From IMG/VR virus record IMGVR_UViG_3300013902_000001, positions 84,000-147,999 of that record: a stretch of 64,000 nucleotides of DNA; one strand, written 5' to 3'. The translations under genes were made by a program, and so were the position numbers. Source of the DNA: a virus (taxonomy: Duplodnaviria > Heunggongvirae > Uroviricota > Caudoviricetes). Position 1 is the first letter of the stretch; the number at the start of each line of letters is the position of its first letter. The notes beneath the pieces were generated by a model that did not search any database, was not told the DNA's origin, and saw only the letters and a list, made by a program, of their open reading frames with translations. Below, in pieces: positions 1 to 12,341 of the stretch.

Positions 1-1773
1 GGCAAAAGTGTAAAAATTTCCTTTTTATCCCCTAGGATTAACTGTCCAGTCATTCCCTTCTTGTAAACTTTCTTTGCTTTATTAAGAGCATCGGTTAGAA
101 TTTCCTGAACTAAGGTGTCCATAGCTTGGTAATACTGCTTAGTAATCACATAGGACTACTGCATACCCATTTCTACGTTAGCAACAGCATCACGAGCTTC
201 AATCCCACCCAATCGCTCTCGAAATACACCAGTAATAGAACTAGCGGTTTCTTCTACTCGCTAAATAGCCAAATCAATCGCCTGAATGGTATTTACGTTA
301 ATGGAATCATCATAACCATTAAATATAGTATTCATCATTTCTCCCTCCTAAGAAGAATCAAATAATGCCATACCAGTTTTACGATAAGCCATATATTTAG
401 CCAGTCTTTCCTCCAACGAATCCCCTAACACTTCTGGCAAATGAGCAATATCAATATTAGCTCCTTTTGTTCCAGAAAGGGCTATGGCGTTATCCTTGAA
501 GTAAAAAAGGAGGTCGAACTTATCCTACAAAAATGTTGTAGCTAGCATTAACGAATATGGATAATTACCAGTTCCATAATACATTCCATTAATGCTCAAT
601 CTCATCTCATTAGGAGAATCCATATCACGAACAGCACTTTTATCTTCACCCTTTAATACATAAATATCAGATCCGATTCGCACTACTTCGTAACGTTTAC
701 CTACAACTTTGTCTTTCTGCTTTTCGTAATCAATCCACTCAACTTCATAAACTGGAATCAAATCCCATTTATCTCCGTCGAAAAAGTGGCTATCATCGTC
801 GTTATCAAAATAAACTCCGGTATTATGCCACATTCCTGGATTTCTATTAGATTCGCCACATCTAGCAGCCTAATCTGTTAAAAGCCGAAAGTGTCTATTA
901 TTAGAATCGTTTCTGACCTAAGAATCTAAATTATCAATATCTTTCTGGGAAAGATCTTCGCCATACTAGATCATAATCTATTCTACAGTCATCCACTTTC
1001 TAACAACTGATTTATAACCATCTTTCATATATTTGCTTTTAGGATCTTTGTCCACAAATACATTTAATGGGTTATAAACTTCTATTTTAAAATTTGTCCC
1101 AGCACCAGATTCAACTACTTTAAAATAAGCCTAACCAGCAATTAGTAAATCTAAAAGCATTTGCTGAAGCTTATTTTTAAAATCCATCTTCCTGGACTGG
1201 AGGATATACTGAACAATATTTTGTCCAGCGATCTCATAATTAGAAATAAAATCTCGATTAACCGATTCTTCTATATTCTTCAATTCCTTATCTATTATAG
1301 GGTCTTGAAGTTTTTGGTCTTGTGGATTCTTTCTAGCGATAGCGTCTAGAACAGCATTATCGAGAAACTATTTCAAATAATCGTGAGTTTTCTTACTAAC
1401 CTATAACTATTTATCTCGATAGATATTAGTTAAGGTCTTCTCATCTTTACAAGAAATCTTAGGACTGATCTTTGTGGAAAGATACTCCCCTACAATAGCG
1501 TCAATGTGCTTTCTAATTAGAGGCACAAAATCTACTGAGGTGGGATTTCCGATACCGAAATTCTTTTCGAGACTTTCATATTGGAAAACATCACGGATTC
1601 CATTATAGTAATCATAGGCTTTATAGAGAGATTCTTTCTCCCTCACCAAATCCCCTATAATGAAATCTGCGCAATCCATCAAATAATCATTAGACCCCTT
1701 CTTGTAATGATTCACATTCCGATATATACTCATACGGCTAAATGATTAGTTGCTAAAATTTCTAACTTCCTAA

Positions 1774-1986
1774 CTAACTTCGTTTTAATTCCTTAGTCAA
1801 AAACTCGATAAATTCTTCTTCTGAATTACACTGCTTCGCTAAGGTAAATCCTCCGAAGTTAGGATCGTTTATGAATATTTCTAATTTATATAAATCTCCA
1901 GAAATAGTTACTTTTAATTGCCCTATAAATATACAATTATATAACTTTTCTATGAGGTCAGTAATACGTTTTTCGAGACCATCCAT
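1774..1986 (-). CDS. Hypothetical protein; start overlaps the terL stop
   Basis: ATG at 1984-1986. The ORF ends at a TAG and may read on. Confidence 0.3.
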   Translation of the reverse strand: MDGLEKRITDLIEKLYNCIFIGQLKVTISGDLYKLEIFINDPNFGGFTLAKQCNSEEEFIEFLTKELKRS

Positions 1987-4900
1987 AAAGCATAGTTGAA
2001 TTATTTGTCTATTTTACTTCTCCATACTAAACTCGTCCATATTCATCCCTATAATAGCCTACATTACCTAGAAGTTTGACCCGAGATTCTGTTTTAACTA
2101 CTTTGTTAATCATTTCTTCATCTGCTAATAGAGCCATTCCTAAAGCAGCTACATAGTCGAATTTTCTTTTATTGGCATAAGAATACCTGAGTAATTCATC
2201 TATAATAGCTGGAAACTAAATTGTTTCGCAATAATCGGTTATATATTGTTGAATTAAATCGAGTTGATGGTCAATAATAGTCGGTGTTGCAGGAACTCCA
2301 AATTGTTTAAAATTTGTTTTCCCAGAAGAATTGGCGGTCGCCTAAGGACGGTGCATCATATAGGACAAAGCTCCAAATCGCTCAAAATACTATTTAACAC
2401 TAACACGAGTTGCCTCCATTAACATAGGTGCATTATAGAATTTACACAGTTTTAAAGCATTATCATAAGCAGTCTTAACGTCTTTCGGCCGATCCTTGTA
2501 AGTCGCCACTATTTTAGGTTGTTGTAATCCATAGGCTCGTCGAAAAACAACGACAGCAAACTAAGACACATCATCCTGACCAGTTGAGGTTGTACTATCT
2601 CCGTCTATTGAATCGCAGTTATGCGTTGGAATATAATGACACATAAAGGTACTTGTCTCACAGTGATAATTATAAACAATTCCAGTATATTTAGAAACTT
2701 CTATTTCAGAAATCTTAATATAAATATAATTACAGGTTTCATCCTCAAAGAAGCACCTTGGAATTGCATGATCCGTATAAGTTTTATATTCCCATTTATC
2801 CAATTTTAAATCCGGTGCAGAATACATTCTTTTAAATTTATTGATCATATCACCGTGAACATCTAATGTCCATGCTTGATTCACAACACTGAGTCTCTGT
2901 TGACTAGTAATCTGATGAACTTTCTTAGTTGATCTCATCCAATGAACTGTAGAAATAATTCCCAATGAGAAGAGAATATCTTGCATATCCTCTAATAATT
3001 TTAAGGAACAACTTACAGCATTATAAGAATCCCTACTTTTACATAAACAACCGTCAGCGGAAAAATATCCTACAATTAAATTCATTTTTAAATCATTCGG
3101 AAGAAACTTTACCCATTCTGGCAAATTTTTATTTTTTGCTCCAATTCCAAAATTTTCTTTGAAAAAATTCCAAAATTGTTGACAATTAAACAGAACTTCT
3201 GCAGAATTTCCGAGGCCTTTCTGCCTACTTTTTACATGTCTATTTAAAACTTCCGATATAATTCTTTTTGCCTTTTCTATATAAAAAGTTTCGTTTAGAT
3301 TAAATGTAATTCCGACACATCCACAAGGTCGGTTTTTAGTGGGAGTTGCGCACCAACCATCTCCTAAAATTAATCCTACTAACCACCAAAAATCTTTATT
3401 TCCTAATGGATTGCCGACTCTTTGATCTATACGAATATTCGATTCGTCCCATTTTTCCCACGGAATAGGTTTCTCGTGCTTGTAAATATTAGGAACTTTT
3501 ACAAAATCTCCAACTTTTACGTCCTTCATAAGTTTGAATCTAAAATCATATACGTAATATCGTCTATGAAGTCCGTGTTTTTGGGCATAGGCACCTCCAT
3601 GATAATGCTATTTAGGAGTTGCACAATATATAGGATGTTCGCCTGTAAAAGTTGTGGTGCTAAAGATATTATTCAACTTAACTTTGTAGATATTTTCATC
3701 TTCCTTTTGATATTGTTGAAGGTTTATGATATTTACCGGTTTTCCGTTAATTGAATATAATTTATCATCTAATGTTACGTCTTCAACTTTTTTAAGTCCA
3801 TCCTAAGTAAGAACTTTCTCGCCTGGAGTTAAACATCCAACGCAGTATAAATTCTTAAAAGGAACCCCAGCTGAGTCGCATAATGGCAATTCCGCGATTT
3901 CTATCTTTCCGGAACTATCGAACTGAATCATTGGCCTTTGAGTTCGATCACAATTATCTCCGTCCATCGGCCAGATTAATTTAGCCTTTTTAGGTTTTTC
4001 TACGATTTTATGGATTTCTATCGCTGCTAATTGATCTGCTAATTTCTCTCGATCAAATCGATTCTCGCCTTCCATAATAAAGGCATCTTCCGGGGTAAAG
4101 CAATACTCCGACTTTTTAATTAGAAGCGATTGTGGATCGTCTATTTGAGCCCACTGATCAAGATAATACTTTTTAGCACGCTCTTCGTCAACGACTCCCC
4201 TTTCATCAAATCCCACCTCACCATCTTCTCCACCAAACCACATCGAGTAAGATGGAATAAAATAGCCAGTCATTTGTGGTTCGCCATTAGCCATAGAAGT
4301 ATTATAGAAAGGAAGCATCGTATAACCTCTAGGATTATAAAACATCTTTTTCAAACCTTCTACAGCAGGACCCATATCCTGAGACGTTCCGAAAACAAAT
4401 CGATTCCCAACCCTTCGACCAAGAATTCGCACAAGTGCTTCCCCACGCTCATAAGTGGAAATCAAACAAGGGTTGTTACCAGACTCTTCGAAATAGATAT
4501 TTTCAGTACGACCACCACGGAGTTTATCTGGAGTATCGGCAGTAATTCCTTCAACTATAGATTTCTTTCCAGCTTCTACACCGTCCTGATCTACAGTCGA
4601 AGCGACTTTCTTCATTAAAGTATTAGTTTTTTGTTTATGAAGGCCTAACGCACCTTCAGTGCAAGAATCCAGAAAATCAAATTCTTGCCAGACTTTTGAT
4701 AGTGTGTCTTTCACATATTTTTCTAGAAAAGCAGTAACTACATTATTACTCTAATCTATAAAAGTAAAAGCATGAGCACAATTGGAAGCGGCTATCTCAC
4801 TCGCTCCGACTCCACGGCTCTTGAAAGCCAATCCATCATATCCAGCCTTTTTACACATATCTAGATAGTGGAAATACTCATACTATTTATTTACAAATAT

Positions 4901-5476
4901 AGGAAAATCTTCAGCACGCTGAGCTACACTACCTTCAGCTACGATAGGACTTAAAAGCCTATAATAGTTAAGAAAAAAGTAATTTTGCCCAGTAATAGTA
5001 TATTTCCCAACTGTATATCCATAAGTGCATCTTCGGATTTCTTCTGTCCAGTGTTGCTACCATTTATAGGTATCAGGGTAATAATCTGTATATCGGCCAA
5101 ATTTCCTATAATGATCTGCAGCTTCTGTAAAAGCTTTTGGATCGAAATCCAGTCCTTTATCTTTCGTTATAGGGCGATAGCCTGTAAGTTCATAAGATAA
5201 GGAAGGATCAAAATATTTGATTTTTTCAGTTTTAGGAACATCCCATTCCTTTACTGATTGAATGAGCTCTGGTTCTGGTTCTGGAATGGGATTTTTTTCT
5301 GCTTCCAGATACTCAGTCATAGCTTTTAATTCCTCAGCATCTTTTTGTGCTTTGGTTTTAGTTTTTCTAACATAAGCTTTTTTAGGAAGCTTAGAAACCA
5401 TTTGTGCTCGTTCTTCCGCTGTGGGAGCATTAACCCAAGCACTCTTTTCAAAAGATTTACTTTCTTTCTTTTTCAT
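1958..5476 (-). CDS. terL: Terminase large subunit (ATPase plus nuclease) interrupted by an intein. Read through six in-frame TAG codons; ends at TGA 1958-1960
   Basis: ORFs 5057..5476, 3803..4714 and 2561..3529 are in one frame, separated only by TAG. Plus-strand cta triplets sit at 5057, 4883, 4751, 3803, 3608 and 2561. The C-terminal nuclease-like region reads ...IWPMDGDNCDRTQRP...; an ATPase-like stretch FKSRGVGAS lies N-terminal to it. Confidence 0.7.
2615..3835 (-). mobile_element. Intein (about 407 aa) with a LAGLIDADG homing-endonuclease domain, inserted in terL
   Basis: Intein block A follows the extein ...KNLYCVG: CLTPGEKVLT(TAG)DGLKKVEDV. Two LAGLIDADG motifs are present (LVGLILGDGW and IVGYFSADGC). 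The C-terminal end reads ...FMCHYIPTHN followed by the extein Cys (CDSIDGD...). Confidence 0.7.
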
Positions 5477-5679
5477 CGTTCCATTAAGAAGGGTTTCTTA
5501 TCACCTCTCAACCCAGAACTCTCTTCCTGCTCCTCTTTATATTTTCTTTCGAGTGCTTTTAAACCATCTAATGCTTTTTCTATCTATTGCATTTCATTAA
5601 GAAAATCTCGAATTTTAAATACTGGAGCACCAGAATCTAGGCGTTCGTCAAAATCTATACTTTTAACAAACTCTTTCAT

Positions 5680-6054
5680 CTAATGGATTTTGTTAGTGTA
5701 AGTTTCCACTAACTGACCTGTAAGTGAAGATTTTTCCTGAATTTCTCTATACTTTTTACAAGCAGCTCGGAAAACAGGATCGTTATATTCGTCTTCTGTT
5801 AATCCAGAAGCTTCCATAGCCACTTTATGGCGATTGGCCGGAGTGTCCTTTGCCATAGGAGCACTCCAGTCAATTTCCATGTATATACAGATTAATTCTT
5901 TAAAACCTCTAAGTTTTTCATGCCCAGAAGGATCTTCAGGGCATTTATTTCTTTCATCAGTCCATAGATCAGCAAATTCTTTTATTAGAAGAATTTCTGG
6001 TTGATTAATAGTGATTTTGTTATTTTGATAATCGTAACCAAAAAATTTAATCAT
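5680..6054 (-). CDS. Hypothetical protein just upstream of terL; terminase small subunit is possible by position only
   Basis: 124-aa ORF ending in TAG, so it may be longer. No motif recognised. Confidence 0.25.
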   Translation of the reverse strand: MIKFFGYDYQNNKITINQPEILLIKEFADLWTDERNKCPEDPSGHEKLRGFKELICIYMEIDWSAPMAKDTPANRHKVAMEASGLTEDEYNDPVFRAACKKYREIQEKSSLTGQLVETYTNKIH

Positions 6055-6059
6055 CTCTG

Positions 6060-8267
6060 TTAATCTTTAATATATTGTGTTATTTTTCCACCGTGTTTAA
6101 AGGAATAATTATTTGTTCCAATATAAGGTCCGTAAGTTACCCCTCTATCAAATTCTGGCACAGGAGTGGTAATAGGCTAATATGTAGGGTATTGCAAATT
6201 TTCACCGTGAATTGCCGGTATTAGGGCTGCATCAGGCGCATCCCAATAAACATAACGTGTATATCCAGGACTTCTAAGTTGTCCCTTTTTATGACCTTTG
6301 GTCGGACGTGTGGTAATCGTTTTTTCTCCGGTTTTAGTAAAATTGCCGACATCATTATTGAAAGGGTTTGCTTCTATATATCCAGTATCATATCTGATCG
6401 TTCTCGATTTTTTAGGCCGAACTGTCTTTTTCCAATAAGTTGGTTTTGTACGAGTTCGGTATCTCATCCCAGAGCCCTTAGTAGCAAATCCAAGATAAGT
6501 TTCCGGAGCAAAGGCTGTGTCTAGAACAGTATCTACGAATCCGTTACCAGTAGATCCAGTAACGTCAGTAAAGTAAGTTGGGGCCCCTCCGGAATATCCA
6601 CTTAAAATAGTATTATTCAGTCGATTACTAGTCCAATCACCAAATTTATAAGATCTTTCACCACTTGCCCAATCTCTAATATCTTTTACCGTTCCCCACA
6701 TCAACTCACTCGCTGGAGTTAAAGAATTTATAATGCCGACTCCAGCTTTATTTTCAGCATCTGCTACTTCATTCTAAAATCTTCTAGCTTGAGCTGCTTG
6801 GGAATTAACGCGACCGTTATCAGCAATAACGCCCGCTGCTGACATTGCCTTTTGAGCTTCTGGATCATTAACGAGTTCTTGCATTTCCTATTTTGATAGG
6901 TTGTGATCCTTCATCCACTTATCATATCCATCAGCTTTTAACGCTCCTGAGGCTACAGCATTTTTAAATTCTCGAATTCCCACGGATCTATTATAACTTT
7001 CACCCCGATTTTTAGATACCTCTTGATCGTAGGCATCCCCTTCATCATTCAAAGCTCGAAGTTTAGACGCCACTTCTGGAGAAACATAATTCAAAGCATT
7101 CTAATAATGATTATAATACTAGGGATCAGTAACAGCATTAGAAGCGTTCATTAAATATTTTAACATTTCTGGAGAGTTGTAATATTCACTAGCGCGAGCA
7201 TTTTCTGCAGAACTCACCCCTTGAATTTTACCAGCAGGCTGTTTTCCTTGATACTAACCTTTTCGAGTAGCGGTAAGAGTAGAGTCTCCGAGACCAGTAA
7301 TCCCTAAAGCGGAAGCTGTTTGATCTCCAACCAAACCATCAACTTTTAGAATATCCTTGTGTTGATTTTGGAAATTTTTAATCGCTGCTAATGTTTCTGG
7401 TCCAAATTTACCGTCTTCTGCAATCTGTTTACCTAAAGCCTGTTTATTTAGTGCTTGCTGAATTTGCCTTATTTGATCGGAGGAATATCTTCGATTATGC
7501 CAATAAGAAGCATTAACCCCTCCTTGCTAGAAAAAATTTATTTCTCCGCCTTTCTTTTTTATAGGCAACCCAGTACAACTATCCACTTCCATAATCTTCC
7601 CACCTACTCGAGCCAACTTGCATTTACAAGGTTTGATAGGAAGCCCTCTTTGAGCTTTTTTAGCTTTCTTGGCTTTTCCGCCACATTTCATTTGCTGAGC
7701 ACCTTGCATCATTTGCTGAATAACTTCTGCATATTGTATAGCTTGAGGATCGCCTTGCTAAGCTCTTTTAAGAATTTCTTTAATAGCACTTTGAGCTTGT
7801 GGATTTCCAGTCATGGCGTCTTCTACTAGCGTTTTAATTTCTTCCATAGGATCGGCAGTTACTCCGCCTTCTTGCATATAATCTGTTACCATTTTACCTC
7901 CTGTTTTAAACCAATTCGGGTTAATTGAATGCAGTAAATCTTGAAACCAATTACGATAATCATTGGCCTTAATACCTTCCTCTACGTAACTTCTATAACG
8001 CTTTAGTCTTTCAGGGTTATTTCCAGTTACTTCTACTGTATTTGTTACCGGGTAACCAATCATAGAATTATCCTCTGGTTCAGTCTAAGTTTTATATTTA
8101 TAATGACTATCAGGCCCACTTAAATGAACTTCGTACTCACTAGTACTCCCCCAGGGAGAAGATCCTGTTACTGTAAAAGTTGTATCAGATTTAAGAGTAT
8201 TAGGATCGGTGATTACTTGAGGTTGAGATACCCTACGTCCATCAGATGTCGTTCTAAATTTTGTCAT
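6060..8267 (-). CDS. Virion-associated protein with a peptidoglycan-binding domain, about 735 aa, read through several TAG codons
   Basis: ORFs 8085..8267, 7758..8063, 7527..7712, 6888..7094 and 6177..6704 share one frame and are separated only by TAG. There is a PG_binding_1-like segment: QALGKQIAEDGKFGPETLAAIKNFQNQHKDILKVDGLVGDQTASALGI. The 5' boundary is a TAA at 8283-8285; the 3' boundary is a TAA near 6060. Confidence 0.5.
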
Positions 8268-8487
8268 GCTTCCATCAAATCTTTAGTGTTGAAAACTGCT
8301 TCTTGAATATACCCATCAGTTGTGAACCATCTGCAAACCATCCCTTGAAGGATTTTACCAGGGTTCTTTTCATCGTGAATGGTCATAGATTTCTTACGAT
8401 CTACGATCATAATAGGCTTGTTAGGAATGTCCTACTTTAGTGTTACGAGCATTCCTGGAGTAAAATAGAATTTCTCTTCTGTCATAA

Positions 8488-8820
8488 TTACTTCATTAAT
8501 GTTAAAAGTGAAGGTTCAGCAATAATCCAGTAATACTCGTCTCTGAATTTTACGATCCTGCACGTTCTAACATCGAAGTAACAATCATCCCCAGGGTTAG
8601 CATATTTACAATCTTTTCCGACTTCAATAATCTTACCGCATTTAATAGGATGTTCTTTCTTATCTACTTCTCCGGAATCTGGATTTTCAAATTCACCGTC
8701 TGATACTGTGAATCCCTCCTTAGTTTCTTTTACATCATAGGGATCCTCTTCATACATTTGAACCATTACGTTGTTATACAAAGGTACAATTTCATTTTTT
8801 AAATCATTAGCCATAATCAT
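8488..8820 (-). CDS. GroES-like co-chaperonin (cpn10 or T4 gp31-like)
   Basis: 110 aa. IVPLYNNVMVQ resembles GroES IRPLHDRVIVK; GKIIEVGKD...GDDCYFD...YWIIAEPSLLTLM resembles GEVLAVGNG...VGDIVIF...ILAIV. It lies directly downstream of the groEL homolog and ends in TAA. Confidence 0.5.
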   Translation of the reverse strand: MIMANDLKNEIVPLYNNVMVQMYEEDPYDVKETKEGFTVSDGEFENPDSGEVDKKEHPIKCGKIIEVGKDCKYANPGDDCYFDVRTCRIVKFRDEYYWIIAEPSLLTLMK

Positions 8821-8821
8821 A

Positions 8822-10270
8822 TTATTTTAAAATTAAACAATCACACGTTAAAATTAAACTAGCTGTATTAACAGCATTTAAAAGGGAATGTTCTGTAACT
8901 GCAAAAGGTTCTATAATTCCCATTTCATACAAATCTCCGTATTCTCCGCTTTTAAAGTTATAGCCATTCCAGAAAACATCGTCAGTGTTCAGATCTTTTC
9001 CTTGACTTAAAAGCTTAAATGGAATTTGTAATACATCATACAATTTACCGGAAACAGAACTTGGCACTCTCCGTATACTTCCGGAACCTGGTAAAATACC
9101 ACTTTCCAAAGCTGCTTGAGTGGCCATTACAGAATCTTCCACGCGATCTTTTCTCTCTTTTATTTCAACTTCAGAATATCCTCCAACATAAATAGTGGCA
9201 ATGCCAGAAGTAAAGTTAGCCAATCTTTTCTTGTGAAAATTCATTTCCATTTCAGTAACTTTTCCTTCTTCTATAATGCTTCTAATAGATGTTATTCGAT
9301 TCTTGATCTTTTCAGGATCCCCTTCAGTTCCTATAAAAGTTGTATTATCTTGTGAGATAATTACTTTCCGACAGGTCATTGATTCTCCTAAAAGAATCCT
9401 AAGATCTTCGATAGCAATTTCTCTAAAATTTCTATGTTCAGGACTTTTAACAGTGCACGATTTCAGCTTATCGTTACCTTGCTTATCATATAGATTACGA
9501 GCGAGGTTAAGAATAATTTCAGAATCGAAATCTGGTGCTATTAAAAGTAAAGATTTATCGGCTACCATAGCTCTGCCAGCTATTTCCGAAATCTTTTTGG
9601 TTTCTTCCATTTTAGTATCGGAAATATAAACCATTACATTTTCCAACACACATTGCCCCTTAAAGTTATTAACAAAATAAGGGGAAGAAAATCCACTATC
9701 GATTCTAAATCCTTCAGTATATTCAACTCGATCTGAAACATCTTCAGATTCAACAAACTGAACAATTCCATCTTTTCCAACTTTTGTAAAAGCTTCGGAA
9801 ACTAATTTGCCAATAACAGGATCATTATTAGCCGATAAAGTAGCAACTTTCTATAAATCCTCTGGAGAAGTTACTTCTCTTTTAAAAGTTTTAAGGTAAT
9901 CAATCGTTTTAGAACAATCCTGAGAAAGTTCTCGAGATAGTTCTATAGGATTTTCACAATCCTTAAATTCATTTACTAGTGCTCTAGCGATTACCAAACT
10001 AGTAGTGGAACCATCTCCAATAGTTTGAGCGGTTTTAACTGATATATCCCTCATTACTTCTATACCCATAGAAATATAAGGATCGGGATCATTTACGGCT
10101 GCTGCCACAGTAGCACCATCTTTTGTTATCTTGACCGAGGAAGGATATTTAATACACACATTCTTTCCTTGTGGTCCATACGTTTTTTCGACTGCATCTG
10201 CAATCAAATTTACACCTTCGATCAGCTTTTCTCTAGCATCTTGATCGAATTTTACATTAGCATAATTCAT
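8822..10270 (-). CDS. groEL: GroEL-like chaperonin (Hsp60). It contains one in-frame TAG (9851-9853) and a 60-nt segment (9781-9840) that is out of frame
   Basis: N-terminal MNYANVKFDQDAREKLIEGVNLIADAV...TAQTIGDGSTTSLV resembles GroEL [27 protein letters not shown]...AGDGTTTATVL. The middle KVGKDGIVQFVESEDVSDRVEYTEGFRIDSGFSSPYFVNN resembles [41 protein letters not shown]. The C-terminal ...GILPGSGSIRR...MGIIEPFAVTEHSLLNAVNTASLILTCDCLILK matches the GroEL C-terminus. Ends in TAA. Confidence 0.85.
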
Positions 10271-10467
10271 TCTCCAAATAATTTATTATATTCTTCTTTT
10301 GAGATCCAACGTTCAGTTGAATAAACTCCTAATAATTTCTTGTAATATTCTGGATTATCAGAAGTATTAATTTTATATTGAACCCAAATTCTTTGCTGAT
10401 CAAAATCTATCCATCTTAATCCAGCATCTATTAGTTTTAACATTCTTTCGCAGGTCATATTTCCCAT
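10267..10467 (-). CDS. Hypothetical protein; its TGA stop overlaps the groEL ATG (ATGA)
   Basis: ORF track. The stop, plus-strand tca at 10267-10269, shows TGA working as a true stop in this module. Confidence 0.4.
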   Translation of the reverse strand: MGNMTCERMLKLIDAGLRWIDFDQQRIWVQYKINTSDNPEYYKKLLGVYSTERWISKEEYNKLFGE

Positions 10468-10508
10468 TTATTCAATACACATTTTGAGGATGGACTTTTA
10501 CTTTTGGG

Positions 10509-10787
10509 CTACATCTTGCATCCACACCCCATTACAATATCTTTACCGGGGTATTTAACTAACTCTCCCGTCTTGATATTTATTCCCCTGCCACTATCGC
10601 ATCTATCAGTATCCTCATTATATAATGGGCATTCTCTACATATTTTCATTCGAGCTTCTGACAACTCGTCTTCTCGACCTAATGCCCAATTTGTATAGCC
10701 TTCGGCTATTTCCTTAACTTGATGAAAAGAGTTTATTCCAAACATATTAAATTTCAATAACGCATTTTTTTCCAGATAAAAGATCAT
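10509..10787 (-). CDS. Cys-rich zinc-ribbon protein
   Basis: CRECPLYNEDTDRCDSG...MGCGCKM. Confidence 0.35.
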   Translation of the reverse strand: MIFYLEKNALLKFNMFGINSFHQVKEIAEGYTNWALGREDELSEARMKICRECPLYNEDTDRCDSGRGINIKTGELVKYPGKDIVMGCGCKM

Positions 10788-10929
10788 TATACAATGATTT
10801 AATAATTGGATCTTTTGCGTGATCGTATTCTATTTGATAGCGTTTACGCTGATCCTCTGATATGCATTGTAGTATAACATATTTAGGAGTTCTTTTCTTC
10901 CGAAAAAGATTTTTAAGAAATTTAATCAT

Positions 10930-12341
10930 TCTTCTTTTGCATTAATAAAGGTAGTGCAAACATTGACGATTCTTTACTCAACCAGTTTGCAGCCTGATCG
11001 TAGTTTTTAATACTTCTAAAAAACTCGGTCATGTTATTATCCCAATTACCATCTTTAATATAATGCTTCTATGCATATTTAAGCATCTCTGGAGTTAATT
11101 TCTAAGTTGACTTTGTAAATCCGTAATAATCCTTTAACTAACTACCCCTAGCGGATAATTCTGTATTATTACCGTGTTCTAAGTAATATTGCATCTCCGG
11201 AGATTCTGCAGAGACATCAAATCCCTTTGCTTTCGTTTTAGGTGTGTGCGCTACATGGTCCATTTCATGAGAAATAACCTATGAATAATTATCCCGTATT
11301 TGAGGCACTTTAGAGTTGTATAATACAATAGGTTCGTTTATAACTCCAGGAGCACTAATTGTATGTGCTCCACCCTCACGAGTTGATGTAATTTCAAGCT
11401 ATTTCTAAAATGCAGCTTTTTGTGCATCGGGTAAGTCAGGACGAGTGGCCTTTATAAATGCATCAAATGACTCTTTATTAGCTATATCATAAGTTTTAGG
11501 TGACTATGTAGATAGCCGTGCTTTATGATATTCCAATGGACTTTTACCAAAATATTTTACCCACTTTGACCGAGCTAAAGGCTTTAATAGTCGGATTCCT
11601 TTCGAAATTCCCTGTATAGCTAAATCAAATGGTCCACTTAAAACAGTTCCTGCTACAACAAATTCTCCAACAGGATCCGTTCCAGACAGTGGTTGATCCT
11701 GCTCATATAATTTCTAAACCTTATCAAAAGCTTCTGGATCTTTAGGCAGTGGCCCAGAAGGATTCTAATATTTCTTTATTTTATTATCAAAAAATTCTAA
11801 GTAATTCATCATTTTATCCTCCAACTAGGCCCAATAACAACTCCCACTCCAATCTCTAATCCGTGATTTACTTGCATAGGATTAGTAGGGGTAGCGTTTA
11901 ATCCGTAACCTATATAAGGACCAACAGTAATATCCCACCCAAACTTTTTAGGCTTCTAAACAATCAACTCATTTTTCTGCAAATAAGAATGATTAAGCCT
12001 AACAGAATCAATATCAGAATTATAGCCATGGAAATTAATCTTTAGAGTTGTTTTGGTAGAATCAGTAGCTATAGTGTCTATATACTCCTTATAATCAATA
12101 GGAATATCTTTTACATAGACGGTATCACCTTTTTCTGTTACATAGACTGTATCAATCCGATCAATATACTTGATCTTAGTCTTTTCTTTAATAACTTCCT
12201 AGTCGATAAAAACAGTGTCGTGAACCTAGATATATTCTATATTAGATCCAGGTTTATTACAAGCAGGAATATTTACTAAAATCCCAATTCCAAACCCTAT
12301 AAATAGAATTAAGATATATTTCCAAATCTTTTTAAAATCCA
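10930..12341 (-). CDS. Membrane-anchored protein with an HExxH metallopeptidase-like motif, TAG-interrupted; possibly a lysis or peptidase function
   Basis: The reverse complement of about 12339 reads MDFKKIWKYILILFIGFGIGILV (N-terminal TM segment). The reverse complement near 11230-11270 reads ISHEMDHVAHTP (HExxH). No ORF of at least 60 aa appears in the track because TAGs break it up. Confidence 0.35.

Noticed and set aside
4130-4618. Plus-strand ORF inside terL
   Set aside because: It is antisense to a well-supported terminase reading frame and has no motif support.
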